A DNA stretch of 61,553 nt, the filler included. It is 6 parts of 6 records of this genome, joined end to end, with 100 filler letters (N's around TTAATTAATTAA, not from the genome) between each part and the next. Parts side by side here need not be neighbours in the genome. Positions count along the whole stretch, not along the records: positions 40,206 to 50,003 come from SRR2962707_2395; positions 50,104 to 55,351 come from SRR2962707_2397; 4 more parts are not named here. One strand, given 5' to 3'. Every line of letters begins with the position of its first letter. The stretch's first letter is position 1. Position numbers and translations under genes: made by a program. This document shows, piece after piece, positions 43,501 to 55,009 of the stretch. A model generated the notes under the pieces. The model saw nothing but the letters and a program-made list of their open reading frames with translations, made no database searches and was not told the origin of the DNA.

Positions 43501-45699
43501 AGCAGCAAGGGCAAGGGCAGGAGGGGGAAGCTGAAGAAGATCAAACCCAGGGGGCGGAAGGTGCACACCTTGCTGATATTGCGGAAACCCCCGATTCAGC
43601 CGCCGAAGGAAATTTTGACCAGAAGGACGACGTGTCTGCAACAGACTCCACTGACGAGGTCTGTTTTGTTTTTTGCCGCATCCAGAACCTGTGCTTCTTA
43701 CTGTCCCATTTTCCCGCGAGCCATGAATGACTTCCTCATCAACTTGGCCTCGTGTCACATGCAGGCTAACCTGTCAGTTGCTCTATCGCCAAAAGCATCG
43801 TGGCCAGCCCTGCATCGTTCTCCAAGTTCGCATGGTCTGCAAGTCGACTCTCTTGAAGACGAAGGGATTGTCGACGGGGCCGATGAGAGTGCTGAGCCTG
43901 CCCATATTTGTAAAGACACCACTGCAGAAATCCTAGACGCCCCGCGCCCATCCCTCAGCCCTGCTCCGATGGCCGAGGCAGCGTTACAACGTAATGACGA
44001 CATTCACAGTCTCGATCCAAAAGATCTGCAGATACTCGAGCTCCAAAAGCAACTGAGAGAAGCGCATGCTGTTGCTGCCAAAGCTGCTGAGGTAGCTGCG
44101 CGTGCTGCAGCAGAAGCTGCTGAAGCTGCCAAAGCTGCACAAGAAGCGCAAAGCGCCGCTTTAGCAGCAGAAGAAGCCGCGGATCAGGAGCGAGCCAAGG
44201 CGAAGGCTCGAGCCATGACTAGTCAAGTCGTGGCTCGTAGCCTTGGCACAACCGCGTCAGCTCCAACACTGGCAGTGCGTCGCAAACCTAGCAACGTTCC
44301 GCTTCCCAAAGTTCTTCAACCTCTTGAACTTGAGGACGAGAGTGAAATTGGGCCACCAGAGATGCCAGACACAGCAAACTCTTTGCTTTCGCCCACACAC
44401 CAAAACGTCCTCGAGTCCGAAGCTTCACGACAGGCTGACCCTGCGCCTCCGGAACGCTCACATCAGCCTGCATTTGGTCACCGCTCCCCTTCGCCATCCC
44501 CGAAAGCAGTCACCGTTGTGCGCACTCGTGTTCAATTTGGGCGTGCTGCTGGCTCTCCTGCATCCCAATCATCGTGGCTGTCGCGTGAAGACGACACCAT
44601 CGACTTGACTGACGACGATGAAGACGAAGATGAAGTTGGCATTGAGCATGGCACAGTTGTCAGGCCAACGCGCAATGCACCTCCACCGCGCACCGATGCC
44701 CAGCAACAGCAACATCAACAGCACATCCCTTTGCCAGCCAAATTTGTTCCACCGAGCGTGCGACGGTCGTTAATATCGTCGGAATTTTCGTTTGCGCCAC
44801 CGAGGCCCCTGAACAATGGGTTCGATGATGTGTTGGTCAACGATGCTGCACTTGAGGTGCGCATTATTGAAATATTCAATGTAATCTGTAGCTGCCTGCC
44901 TCATCGTGTAGTTGCACGCAATAGTTTCCCCTATTGGTCATGCGCACGTGTTAACATGCAAATCTGTGCCTAGGCGGTAAAGAATGCCCTCGCTGCGTCG
45001 GGGGACCGAGCACGGCAACAGCGGACGCGTGTCGTCGGCTGGAAAGGTTGGTGTGTTGTTCGTCACTGCAGGCGACGCAGATTGTGACTGCTGCCGAGGT
45101 TACAATTGGTTGTGTCGACAGTCTGACTGTTTGCCTCGTTGTGGATGATTGTGATTTCAAAACCGCCATGCGAAAACACAACAGGGCGTTCAAATGCTGG
45201 TAGTTTCGGACCACTTAATGACTTGTACCTGCTGCCTCAGTCGTCAACGTCAGCTCCTGTTGCCGAACCAGGGTTTCCGGCTTTGCACAATCTGTCTACC
45301 TCAAAGAAACTACTCCCTTCGCCCCGTAGCCCAGTCTACACAGAATCCGTGAACTTAGCCGAATCTCGATTTGGTGCGTTTAAAGGCTCTGGGACCGAAA
45401 AACCGTCGAACGAGCGCGACGCTATGGGCACAAGCACCGGCGACACGCACCGCGCCCAGGCACCAAGCTTGCTGACGGAGCAGAGCAAACAGCCCGAAAA
45501 CGCTTTTTTTCCTGAAGGCCCTACGACTTTTCTTGGACTGGATGCGTTGGACGCAGCTTTAGATGGTCTGGGTGGGTCACCCTCGCCCCCACCGCAACGC
45601 CCAGTCACTTTTTCGGATTTGTCTGGCGTTGTGGCATCCAGAGCCACACCAGAAACAGTACGATGTCAATGCAACGGCAATCGATCGTCATCCTCGTGA
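40519..45699 (+). CDS. Spliced eukaryotic gene: N-terminal SAM-like domain(s) plus long disordered/coiled-coil region
   Basis: Frame-preserving GT-AG introns 42667-42788, 43100-43213 (CTAAC branch point) and 43659-43764 join the separate ORFs; further likely intron 44857-44973; 3' exons unresolved. Confidence 0.65.
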
Positions 45700-46314
45700 A
45701 AAAAAAAAACACTGGAAACATGTCTCAAATTCATTTCATGTGTGTCTGCCTTGAACAATTCCTCCGGCAGTTGAACCCACCTCCGCCGGGATTAGCACGG
45801 GTCGAAACGGAATGGAGGTACACATCGTTTGTTTGATTGTAGATGTGGCCCTTCTTTTCCGTATTATTCAGACGGTTCATCCTGTCTGTGTATGCCTTGT
45901 GTCTGCAATTTGCGTGCAGTAATGGTCGAACACAATGGCAGCAAGGTCTTGAACAGAGTTTGGACCGATTCTTGAAGACGCAAGAACGTGGCATGACGGA
46001 GGTAGGACGCTGCCATTTTAAGTTCCGAAACCTCTCTGTCAACCAAAATTGTTGACGCAAGCTTGCGCGGCGTATTGTTTGTGACCTTGTGCCGCCAGGT
46101 ATTGGCTTTGATGGAATCTCCTGACCGAAACAGAGGCAACACTGGTCGCTGAGGCGTAGAAAAAAAAGCGTGGCAGCTTATGTTTCGAATAGTTTTAGAG
46201 GCTTCTTATTTGAGCGTATTTTTTCGAGTGAATAAATGCATTTGATAGATTTTCGTGCACCTGGTTGGGATGCCACCCACACACACGAGCTAGAGCAGGC
46301 TAGTTGGCCAAAGG

Positions 46315-49300
46315 TTACCACAAGCCGGCAAGCCACCCGCTTCCTTGAGTTTTTTTCTTTTCTCCGTCTGCTGCGACGGCAGGCCGCTCTGGCAGCGGGC
46401 CAACTGGCCGTGCGATTCGGAGCGAACGAGCAGACCCAACGAGAACCAACCCATCTTCGGTTTCCTCGTCGTCGCAGGAGTCTGGTCTGACACCGGTTTC
46501 GCTTCCTTCTTCGCCCAGCTCAGGCTCCCTCCTTCCCACACGCACGGCATCGACAAGAACGGCCTCGAAGGAACTGTCTTCGCAGTCGTCAATGTCTGCA
46601 CTGCTCGTTTGATGTGCAGCAGGACGTTCGTTCACGGCTTCTTCCACACGGCCAGCTTTGCCGAGAACTTGGGCTTCGTCGCCAGTTGCGCCTGCGCTTG
46701 CCACGCGGGAGTGCGACTTCGAACCTGCCTCTCCGTGCCGTGACTTCGAGTCTTCTTCAGCAATTTCGTCCTCGCTATTGTCAGCCTCGCTATTGTCAGC
46801 CTCGCTATTGTCAACATGGCCATCCCGCCATTCAGTGTTGAGCCAGCTTGTTAGGCTGGAAATCGAAGATGTGACAGACCGCGCAGCTTTGCTGACACCT
46901 TCACGCACCTAAATTGAACAAAATGTGATGCCATTGCAACGGTGGATGGACAAAGCACACAGGTCCAGCACATGGAAAAATAATGGTCATGGAGTGGCGC
47001 ACGAACCCCACTGGCGCCTTTCGTGATTCTTTGTTCAAGTGCATACGCCGCTTTGCCAACGGCTGAAAATACATTATGCAATCCACACACGATCATGTGT
47101 TTCATAAACAATACGGCGAATGTCCAGGACCCGGATCATAAAACAGGAGGGGAATGGGATGGCGTCCCGCCGAATGCTACAAACGCACCCGCTGATGCTG
47201 CTTCAGCAGCCGAATCAATGGCTGTCTCAACGCGTACCATTGTAGCACTCAGTGCTCCCTTTGAGTCAAACAAATCCTCTGTGCACAAGGGGGGCTCTGC
47301 GGGAACAGGAACAGACTCCATCGCCTCGGCGGACGCACACAACTTCTGCAAATCCGGGTTCCGGTTTACTGCATCACATAATTGCTGAAAACCTCCTTCT
47401 ATCACACAGACGTTCTTAACCTGAACGCATTTATTGCACAGCCGCGTGCCAGCGCGGGAAAGCTCAAAAAGTGATAACCCCAAGAAAGCATCAATGCCCA
47501 CAGCGTGAATGGATGTAAAACGCACCCCATGCATCGTTAGGAAGGCAACAGCTTGATGAAGTCGCAATCTGTCCGGCACAGTGCGTCCCCCTCCATTTGA
47601 TAGGCCACCTGCCGCACCTACTTCACTGGCAGGAAGCACTCCCGCATCAACTCTGGAGGTACCGTTTCTCAAAGCAAAGCTCCCTTCTCCCACAACTAGC
47701 ACTGGCCGCGTGGGACCATCTTTGAGCTCAAGGAATAAATTTTGGAGAATCTTTTGAGCGTAGGGAATGCGGCCAACTGTATTGAGATCGTTGGCTGCCT
47801 TTGGGTCGATGCATCCTTCCCGCTTTTGCTGGAGCGAATCATGCGCTTCTTGCCACCTTATCAAAAAGCGAGGATGTAGATACGTACAGCCACCCAAGTG
47901 CTTCTTTGCCCATGCAGCCTCGGGTCTGTTGTTCATGGGGTTGGAAAACCATAAGCACCAATTGTCAGAAAGGCTTCGGGAGCTGGACATGCAGAACGTG
48001 AACAGTGACGAAAATGGATGAGAGGCTGGAAGACAGACCTTGTATCAACCACAACGGCGGTGTTAAGCCGCTCGACCAACTGCTCGCGAGCCTGTAAACA
48101 ATCCGCGCACGGCCACGATTGGAAGAGCGGATGAGGACCGTGGATGCGGAAAGCACAGGGAGCCGGCAAGCGAGCAACACAAAACGCAACGCACGCGGCG
48201 CCGAGCGTCAGCAACAGTGTATTCGGAGACGTCGCCAAGAGTGGACGAAGAAGTCTCCCTGTTTGAGATGGCCGGGGCTTGTTGCAGTGAGTGGCTGGGC
48301 TGGATTTGTCCGGATGATTCACTTTTCTCCTTCGAAATTCTCGTGGGCAAGAGCACATGCTGGACGAGCTGTTGCACCGCGTTGGAAGCAGCAATTGTCA
48401 GTGCTGGAAGCTGCTCCACCCAGAGCACGTCCGCCTGTTTTGGGGCTGGGTGTCCTAAACGAGTCCAAACGTCATTAGCAGAGCAAGAAGTAGAGCAAAC
48501 AACAATTCCTCCGAGCAGACGTGTGGCTGGCTGACCCAACACGCAAACCTGCCAAAGAAGATTGACAAACTCACCATTGGCTCCGAATCCTACTCGAGAA
48601 ATATACGCCCGAAAAGAGGCCGGGGTTGTCGCCTTTTGAAGGCGCAAGGGGGCCGCAACAAGGCCGCAACAAGTAGAGTGAGCACCTCGGAGTTCATCGG
48701 AAGCAAATCGTACATCATCAACAACCACCTATCGCACCTGCAGACTTCGCCCGCTGCGCAACACCGCCTGGATTTGTGCCTCGTCCGATAGGCGCAGTGT
48801 GTCGCGCATCGATGTCTGTGATGGTGTTGGCCAAGACAAAAGGCGGAGTCAAGGCTCGAGTTGCATCGCATATGAAAGCAGCAGACATTCGGAACTCTCT
48901 CTCGCAGATGCAGTAACAGCGGGAATGGTACAGAGTGTTCACCAAAACGAAATGCATCGTTGCGCCACAGCAACCAGCTTCTTACCACCATGTCATGTAC
49001 GGAGTCGTGGGGGGCGGACAGAAGCTGGTGTCGGAAGTGCATCACCCACGCCAAGCACACAAACAGATGCAAAAGCGGAGATTCCTCCAGAATGTATGTG
49101 TCCCAAAGGACCAAAAGGGTGTCCATCGGGAGGTCATGCGAGAAGACAGTGAGCACCCAAGATGTAGCGTAAAGCACTGGCTGCCCAACGTCATGGTTCT
49201 GCAAGAAACAGGCCAACTCAGGGTCGTGGTACTGCAAAAGCAGCCCAAGGCAGCGGAGCAGGAATTGCAGGCTGTGGAAACCGTCCTGGAACATGTGCGG

Positions 49301-49942
49301 CAGGTGGCGGCTCATAAAAGCGTAAAACATGTTGAACGTCCCGCCTTCGTCTGCCAAGTTCAATTGGCGCCCCACACTTCGGGAGCCATGCTTTTCACCT
49401 TCGCTCGCTGCCCCGCTCTCGCGCGCAGCAGCACCACCTTCTTCTCCTCTACGCGACGAACCCGGGTGGTTCTCGCCACGCCGCTCATCGTTCACTGCAA
49501 TCAGCAAGAATGGCGCCAAGATTTCGTTTAGTCCCTGGCGGTAAATGCAGGCTTTTCGCTTGCAGTAGTACGTGAGAATCTTGAGCGCGCTGTGCTTGAC
49601 CCTCTCCGTCCGAAACTCCGGGATCGTCTGCCGCGTGCGCTCCACGTCCGCCGTCACCACGCGCTGGTTGGACAAGTCTTCCGCAGTGGTCGACAGCGCA
49701 GTGTCCAACAGCCCGTCGTGCACATGCAGCAGCCCCTCCACTCCCAGGAGCACTGCCCAGGCGCGCCTTCTGCAAGGTGCCGGAATGCAATTCCCATTTT
49801 CACGGCAGAGCTGCTGCAGCTTGTAGCGGTCGCACCGGCCAGAGGACAGCAGCGCGTCCATTTCTTCCTGCAGGCGGTCCTTCGTTTCTTGTGCTGCAAC
49901 GCGTGTCTGCTTGCCCTCTGCATGCGCAGGAGACCTCTCCAT
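46315..49942 (-). CDS. Spliced eukaryotic TBC (Rab-GAP) plus rhodanese-like protein, TBC1D23-like
   Basis: TBC motifs RRRAWAVLLG, DVERT, YRQGLNEILAPF, LLLQYHDPEL, LWD; GTAAGA donor at 48985; later exons TPASFR, VVVDTR, HLGGC, VCVIEGGF; exact exon borders partly unresolved. Confidence 0.75.
46770..46813. repeat. 15-bp tandem repeat x3 (coding DNSEA)
   Basis: CCTCGCTATTGTCAG repeated about three times. Confidence 0.9.
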
Positions 49943-49979
49943 GGCAACGCAGTGGTAATTGCCACGGAACGAAAGAGGC

Positions 49980-50003
49980 AGAGAGAGAGAGAGAGACAGA
50001 GAG
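49980..50003. repeat. (GA)n microsatellite at contig end
   Basis: AGAGAGAGAGAGAGAGACAGAGAG. Confidence 0.85.
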
Positions 50004-50103
50004 NNNNNNNNNNNNNNNNNNNNNNNNNNNNNNNNNNNNNNNNNNNNTTAATTAATTAANNNNNNNNNNNNNNNNNNNNNNNNNNNNNNNNNNNNNNNNN
50101 NNN
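50004..50103. other. Artificial contig linker 4
   Basis: N44-TTAATTAATTAA-N44. Confidence 0.98.
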
Positions 50104-50104
50104 G

Positions 50105-50224
50105 ATGGGCATGATGATGCTGCCGCCGATCATCATCTCGCTGCCGTTCAAGCTGATCTTCTTCGTGCTGGTGGATGGCTGGTCGCTGATCGCGGGAAGT
50201 CTCGTCCAGAGCTTCGGCACCTGA
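50105..50224 (+). CDS. fliP: Flagellar export protein FliP, C-terminal fragment
   Basis: Manual translation [39 protein letters not shown]. Confidence 0.95.
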   Translation: MGMMMLPPIIISLPFKLIFFVLVDGWSLIAGSLVQSFGT

Positions 50225-50242
50225 CGGCGGAACGTCCCGCCG

Positions 50243-53200
50243 TTAGTTGACCGCGACGAGTTCCTCGGTTTTCAACGAGGCGAGGAAGCGGTCCAGCGTA
50301 TCGACCGAGGCAATCCGGCTCGCCATCTCGCGGAACGCGACACCCTGCTCCACAATCGGTTCGGAGACGACGGCAAAGGCGCTGGCGTCGGCGCTGTCGG
50401 TCATGCCCTGACCGTATTTCGCACGAAGGCTCGCGAGGCCCGCTTCGCTTCCCGCCAGTGAATAGGCAATCGCGCAGCGCATCGCCAGAAGCCGAACCTC
50501 CGCGGAGAACGGTTCGTCGCTCTTCCACGTATCGCCGAGCAGCGCCTCGATGGCGGGCCCGGCGTCCGGCCAGCGCCCGGCATCCCACAGCACATCGGTG
50601 CGGAGCCGTTCGACGAGCTTTCCCATCTTGCCTTCCATCAGGTCGAGCGCGTTGTCATATTGCTTCATGTCGGCAAGCGCACGCGCTTCCAGCAGCATCC
50701 GCCTTTCGGCCAGCGCCTCCGGCAGCAGGTTCTGCTTGGTCGCCCTGAGCGCGGCAAGCGCGCGGTCGGGCTGCTGGTCGGACAGGAAAATCGAGGCGAG
50801 CCGCGCCGCGACCTGCGCCTTGGCAATGCCGCCATGCAGCCGATTCGCGACCTGATAGTCGAGAAGGTGAGCGGCTTGCGCGAGCAGATCGACCTCAACG
50901 AGACGTTCGGCAAGGTGGCGGATCAACTCGTCGCCGCGCTGGCCGATGGGGGTCAGATCCTTGAACCTCTCGAAGAAGGCAAGCGCCTGCACGGGCGGCA
51001 TCTCGTGCGCCGCATCGCTGAGGAAATAATCGGCGAAGACGTCGGACATGCGCGTGTTCATCCGGTGCGCTTCATCGCTGTCAGGGTAATTGTCGGTTGC
51101 CGTGCGCATCAGCTTCAGCGCCTCGCCCGTATCGCCCTGCTTCAGCCGGAGCGCGGCAAGCCGTGTCAGTACGTGAAGTTCCAGCGTGTCGCCGCGCCAG
51201 GCATAGCGCAGGCTTTCGAGCTCCTTCGCCAATGCCTCGTCGTCGCTCTCGCCCGCCTCGTGCTGCATCAGCGCCTTGCCGAGCCGCGCCCGCGCCGCAA
51301 CCGGCGGATAGCCGTTTTCGATGGCCATGTCGTAGCGGTCCGTCGCCGCCGCGGCGTTGCCGCGCACATCCGCGATCATCGCATTCACGAGCAGGACTTC
51401 GGCTTTCGCCTTCTGGCTCTTGGGCTCGGCCGGAAAGCCCGACGCATAATGCTCAGCGGCAGCGATGTCGTCGCCTTTCAGCGCCGCAATCGCGGCCATC
51501 GTCCGAAAATCCGTCCTGAGGTCGTCGCCGAACGCATCGACGATGGCGCCCGCAAGGCTGAACTGCGCCCGCGCCGCTTCCCAATGTCCGAGTTTGGCGC
51601 GCGCAAGCCCCCGCCATGCTGCCGCGTGAGGCGCATTGTCGAGGCCGGACCCGGAGAGATCGTTGATCGCTTCCACATAGCGCCCGCTCAGCACCGAGGC
51701 AACGCCCCGCGCCGCGAGATAGGCAGGCTCGGACGCGTATTTTCCGCGCGCCTCCTTCGCCGCATCGAAAGCCGCATGGGCCTCCGGCGCAAGGCCATAG
51801 GCAAGCAGGAAAAGCCCGTACTCGAAACGCCGCTCGCCAAGCTCATGCGTTTGCGCCGTCGCAAGCCGCGTCAGGTGGTATTGCCGCCGCTCGGTGAAGG
51901 TCTCGCCCGGCGCCTTGCGCCACTCGGCGAAATGCATTTCCGCCGGCGCAGGCATGGCCGCGACCGACACACCGGACACTTCCTTCTTGTCGTCATGATC
52001 GTCCGCCGAAAGCGTCAGCCCGTCGCGTCGCGAAACCAGAACATTGTCCGGCGCGGCGGCAACATTGAGGTCGTCAGCGACCGGCACGATGGCAAGACCA
52101 TGCGCCGTTTGCAGCGCCTGGAATTCGACAAAGCTGCGCGGCGTCTGCAACGATTGCCCCGGCCCGCGCGCGGTCGCGACGATGATCTCGTCGCCGACCA
52201 GCGGATCGCGCACGCGCAGCACCATGCTCGGCGCCCGGAAGTCGAAGACCACGCTGCCGCGTCCGTCCTCGCGCCAGTTGCGCGAAATATTGATTGGCCG
52301 GCCCGTCGTCGGGAGCGTTTCGCCCGCCGAAATCCGCCACGACGCACCTTCTTCAATGGCGCCCAGCAGCACCTTCTCGCGAAGCGGCACCACCAGCGCC
52401 GTGCCGCCCTCGAAGCTCACCGTCTCCGGCGTGCCGAAGGGCCCGAGCGCCTGCGCCGTCACCTCGGAAATATCGAGAGGCAGAGAACGGTCGAACACCG
52501 CCCAGAGCCTGTCCGCCCGTTCGAACACAGCCGCGCCGACGGGCTCGGGCCAGTCGACGACGATATCCGTGCCGCTCCGTCCGGGAACGAAGCGCACAAC
52601 CGCCTTGCCCTCGGGCCGCTTGCCCTGCGGCATCGGATTGGCGGCAATCGTCGCGCCCGGCTCCTGTGTGGCTTCGGGCTCCGCTTCCGGTGCGGCGCTC
52701 GCATGTTCTTCGTCGCCTTCGCCGTTATGCGCGGCATCGGGCAGAAGGTTCTTGGGCGCTCCCGCCGCTTCCGTTTCATCGCTGACGGTGAGGTCCGGCG
52801 CATCCGTGGCCGCCATTTCCTCCGGCGCGGGCATTTCGGCTCCCGAAGCAGGCTTCAGGTCGAGCACCACGCTCAGATCTTCGCGGAAGTCGCTGATGCT
52901 GACGCCCGGCTTCAGCGTCAGCACGACGGCGAGCCGTCCTTCATGTTCGATCGCGGTCGCGCTGGAAAGATAGGCGGGCGGATTGACGCGCAGCATCGAG
53001 AGATCGGCGGCGGCCGTCCGGTCGAAGGTAATGGTCGCAAGTCCCTGCCGCTGCACCAGCGAATAAAGCACCGGCTGGTTCCAGTCGAAAACGAGCCGTG
53101 TCATGCCGGCCCGCGCAGCGACCCGCACCGAGAGGCCCGGCTGCGGCGCCTCCGGCTCCACGATGCCTTGCGCCTTGGCCGCAAGTTTCGCGTCCTCCGC

Positions 53201-53653
53201 CTTCTGTTTCGCTTCCCGGGCGGCATCGATGCGCGCCTGCACGACCGGCGGCAACGGCGGCGGATTGCCCGTCCAGTCCGGCGGCAGCAGGTCGACATAG
53301 AGCGAGTTTTCGGCGGTCTTGGTGTCGAGCGTGAAATCCGTCGTCAGCGCAAGCCGGAGCGAACGCCGGTCTTCGCTCTGCCGCACAAGGGCGACATATC
53401 GCGGCAGCTGGCGCAAAAAGGCATCGGGCTCGACGTCGAACGCCTTGTCGAAGTCGAGAACGAGAATGCCCGAATTGATGGAGGCCCGATAACCCGGCAC
53501 GCTTCCGGGAAAAGTGAAGACGGCACGGCCATAGCCGTTCTCTTCCGCGAGGTCGATGCGAACGCCCGCCGCCTGCGCGGAAACGGGCAGCGCCAACAGC
53601 ATGAGCGCAAGCACGGCAAGGCCCCGGACGCGGCGAAATAGTCCGCCTTCCAT
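50243..53653 (-). CDS. Large exported flagella-associated TPR protein (MotC/MotK-like)
   Basis: Signal peptide, repeated beta-rich modules (GRAVFTF, TRLVFDW, TDIVVDW), C-terminal TPR helices; flagellar context; start probably MEGG (53653). Confidence 0.75.
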   Translation of the reverse strand: MEGGLFRRVRGLAVLALMLLALPVSAQAAGVRIDLAEENGYGRAVFTFPGSVPGYRASINSGILVLDFDKAFDVEPDAFLRQLPRYVALVRQSEDRRSLRLALTTDFTLDTKTAENSLYVDLLPPDWTGNPPPLPPVVQARIDAAREAKQKAEDAKLAAKAQGIVEPEAPQPGLSVRVAARAGMTRLVFDWNQPVLYSLVQRQGLATITFDRTAAADLSMLRVNPPAYLSSATAIEHEGRLAVVLTLKPGVSISDFREDLSVVLDLKPASGAEMPAPEEMAATDAPDLTVSDETEAAGAPKNLLPDAAHNGEGDEEHASAAPEAEPEATQEPGATIAANPMPQGKRPEGKAVVRFVPGRSGTDIVVDWPEPVGAAVFERADRLWAVFDRSLPLDISEVTAQALGPFGTPETVSFEGGTALVVPLREKVLLGAIEEGASWRISAGETLPTTGRPINISRNWREDGRGSVVFDFRAPSMVLRVRDPLVGDEIIVATARGPGQSLQTPRSFVEFQALQTAHGLAIVPVADDLNVAAAPDNVLVSRRDGLTLSADDHDDKKEVSGVSVAAMPAPAEMHFAEWRKAPGETFTERRQYHLTRLATAQTHELGERRFEYGLFLLAYGLAPEAHAAFDAAKEARGKYASEPAYLAARGVASVLSGRYVEAINDLSGSGLDNAPHAAAWRGLARAKLGHWEAARAQFSLAGAIVDAFGDDLRTDFRTMAAIAALKGDDIAAAEHYASGFPAEPKSQKAKAEVLLVNAMIADVRGNAAAATDRYDMAIENGYPPVAARARLGKALMQHEAGESDDEALAKELESLRYAWRGDTLELHVLTRLAALRLKQGDTGEALKLMRTATDNYPDSDEAHRMNTRMSDVFADYFLSDAAHEMPPVQALAFFERFKDLTPIGQRGDELIRHLAERLVEVDLLAQAAHLLDYQVANRLHGGIAKAQVAARLASIFLSDQQPDRALAALRATKQNLLPEALAERRMLLEARALADMKQYDNALDLMEGKMGKLVERLRTDVLWDAGRWPDAGPAIEALLGDTWKSDEPFSAEVRLLAMRCAIAYSLAGSEAGLASLRAKYGQGMTDSADASAFAVVSEPIVEQGVAFREMASRIASVDTLDRFLASLKTEELVAVN

Positions 53654-53762
53654 GTCCCGGCCGGTATGTCGGAAAAATCCGTTCACGCCCATGCGCCCCT
53701 GTAGCTTCTGCCAGCAGACCGCGGCTTCCTGCCACGGCAAGCGGTCAGTTTAGGTGGCGTCG

Positions 53763-53778
53763 GTTAAGTGGGGCTTAA
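53763..53778 (-). promoter_or_regulatory. CtrA binding site
   Basis: Minus strand TTAA-GCCCCAC-TTAAC, the full TTAA-N7-TTAAC consensus, about 110 nt upstream of the TPR gene in high-GC DNA. Confidence 0.8.
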
Positions 53779-53799
53779 GGAACGGCGCTTTTGCGCGGT

Positions 53800-54534
53800 T
53801 TAACTGGCCTTTTCGGCAGGGCGAAGTGTCGCGGCAGGTGCCGTTTCGGTCGCTTCCGGCTCGGAGGGGGCGTTCGCCTCTAAATTCTCGCCAAGCGCCA
53901 GCTCGACGGTGAGGTCTTGCGCGGTCACCGGGTCCATCGCCGCCATCACGGCAGCCATCTTGCGCGGCTGCATCCGCTTCACGACATCGAGAAGCACGCC
54001 CATGTCGAGCCGCTCGAAAATCCGCGCGGCATCCTTCGGCTTCATCGTTTCGTACATCGACACGAGACCGGCCAGGCGGGCTTCGTTCTCCGCATCCTGC
54101 TCGCCGAGCCGCGTATTGATCCGCGCCTCGATTTCCTTCAGTTCCGCGATCCGGTCCTCGACCCGCTTTTCGGCGGCGCTGAGAAGCCGCTCGCGCATGT
54201 CGAGTGCCTCCGCGCGCGTCGCAAGCTCTTCCCGGCGCTCCGACAGGCTTTTGAGCACGGTCATCTCCGACTCGCTGAGCCGCGCGGCAGGGTCTTCTGC
54301 AGGCTCGGCCATTTCGGGCGCGGCGGCAGCCGTCGCGTCTTCCGCTTGTGCCTCGCCTTCAGCTTTCGCTTCGTGCGTCTCTTCTTCCTCGGCGGCAGGT
54401 TCTGCGGCTTTCGGCGCACTCGCCTGCGCCACCGAGATAGCCGCGCCGCCCGCCGCAATATCGGCGATCTTCAGCGTCAGCAGCAATGCTGCGCAGAGCA
54501 TGACGGTCGGAAGAAGACGAAGGCGGTTGAACAT
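53800..54534 (-). CDS. MotE-family (FlbB/MgtE_N-like) flagellar protein
   Basis: N-terminal TM, coiled coil, LVSMYETMKPKDAARIF...MQPRKMAAVMAAM. Confidence 0.8.
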   Translation of the reverse strand: MFNRLRLLPTVMLCAALLLTLKIADIAAGGAAISVAQASAPKAAEPAAEEEETHEAKAEGEAQAEDATAAAAPEMAEPAEDPAARLSESEMTVLKSLSERREELATRAEALDMRERLLSAAEKRVEDRIAELKEIEARINTRLGEQDAENEARLAGLVSMYETMKPKDAARIFERLDMGVLLDVVKRMQPRKMAAVMAAMDPVTAQDLTVELALGENLEANAPSEPEATETAPAATLRPAEKAS

Positions 54535-54556
54535 GTGTCTCTGCCTGTTGCGGAAA

Positions 54557-55009
54557 TCAGCGAACGTTCTTTTTCAGCGCGTCGAGAAGCTGGTTGGCGG
54601 CGCGTGCGGCTACAGCGGCGTCACGCGCGGAAGGCACCTGCGGCGTGGAGCGCGGACCGGCCGCCTGCGCGGGCGCGCGCGACGGCGCCGCACGATCCGT
54701 CCGGCCGAGCTTCTCCGCAATGCGGTTGCCCGAATCCAGCATCAGCGAAAGTTCGTCGGCGAGCGTCCGCGCGGTTCTCACCCGTTCGCCCAGTTCCTCG
54801 TTCGTCGCCTCGCTTGCCTGCTTCAGCCCGTCGATGGCCGACACGGCGCGCTGCGTCGCATTGTTGAGTTCGCCCACAAGCTCGCGCAATCCGTCCTGGC
54901 CCGAGCGCATCGCCCGCAGCCGCCGGTCCAGCATTGCGCAATAGGCGATGGTCGCCGCGAGAAACACGCAGACGATGATTTCGAGAAATACGTCGAAGGG
55001 CAGCATCAT
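54557..55009 (-). CDS. Bitopic coiled-coil protein (DUF6468/PflI-like)
   Basis: TM FLEIIVCVFLAATIAYC then LDRRLRAMR coiled coil; ATGA overlap with the fliM stop. Confidence 0.75.
   Translation of the reverse strand: MMLPFDVFLEIIVCVFLAATIAYCAMLDRRLRAMRSGQDGLRELVGELNNATQRAVSAIDGLKQASEATNEELGERVRTARTLADELSLMLDSGNRIAEKLGRTDRAAPSRAPAQAAGPRSTPQVPSARDAAVAARAANQLLDALKKNVR

Noticed and set aside
46770-46813. Tandem repeat as a CRISPR-like array
   Set aside because: 15-bp units without spacers, in frame within a eukaryotic exon; no cas genes anywhere in the window
40206-50103. Apparent bacterium-eukaryote horizontal transfer (spliced genes between parE and fliP)
   Set aside because: Both junctions are artificial linkers
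50660-53641. 993-aa ORF on the + strand
   Set aside because: Antisense shadow of the TPR gene; Arg/His-rich non-protein-like composition expected from high-GC codon bias
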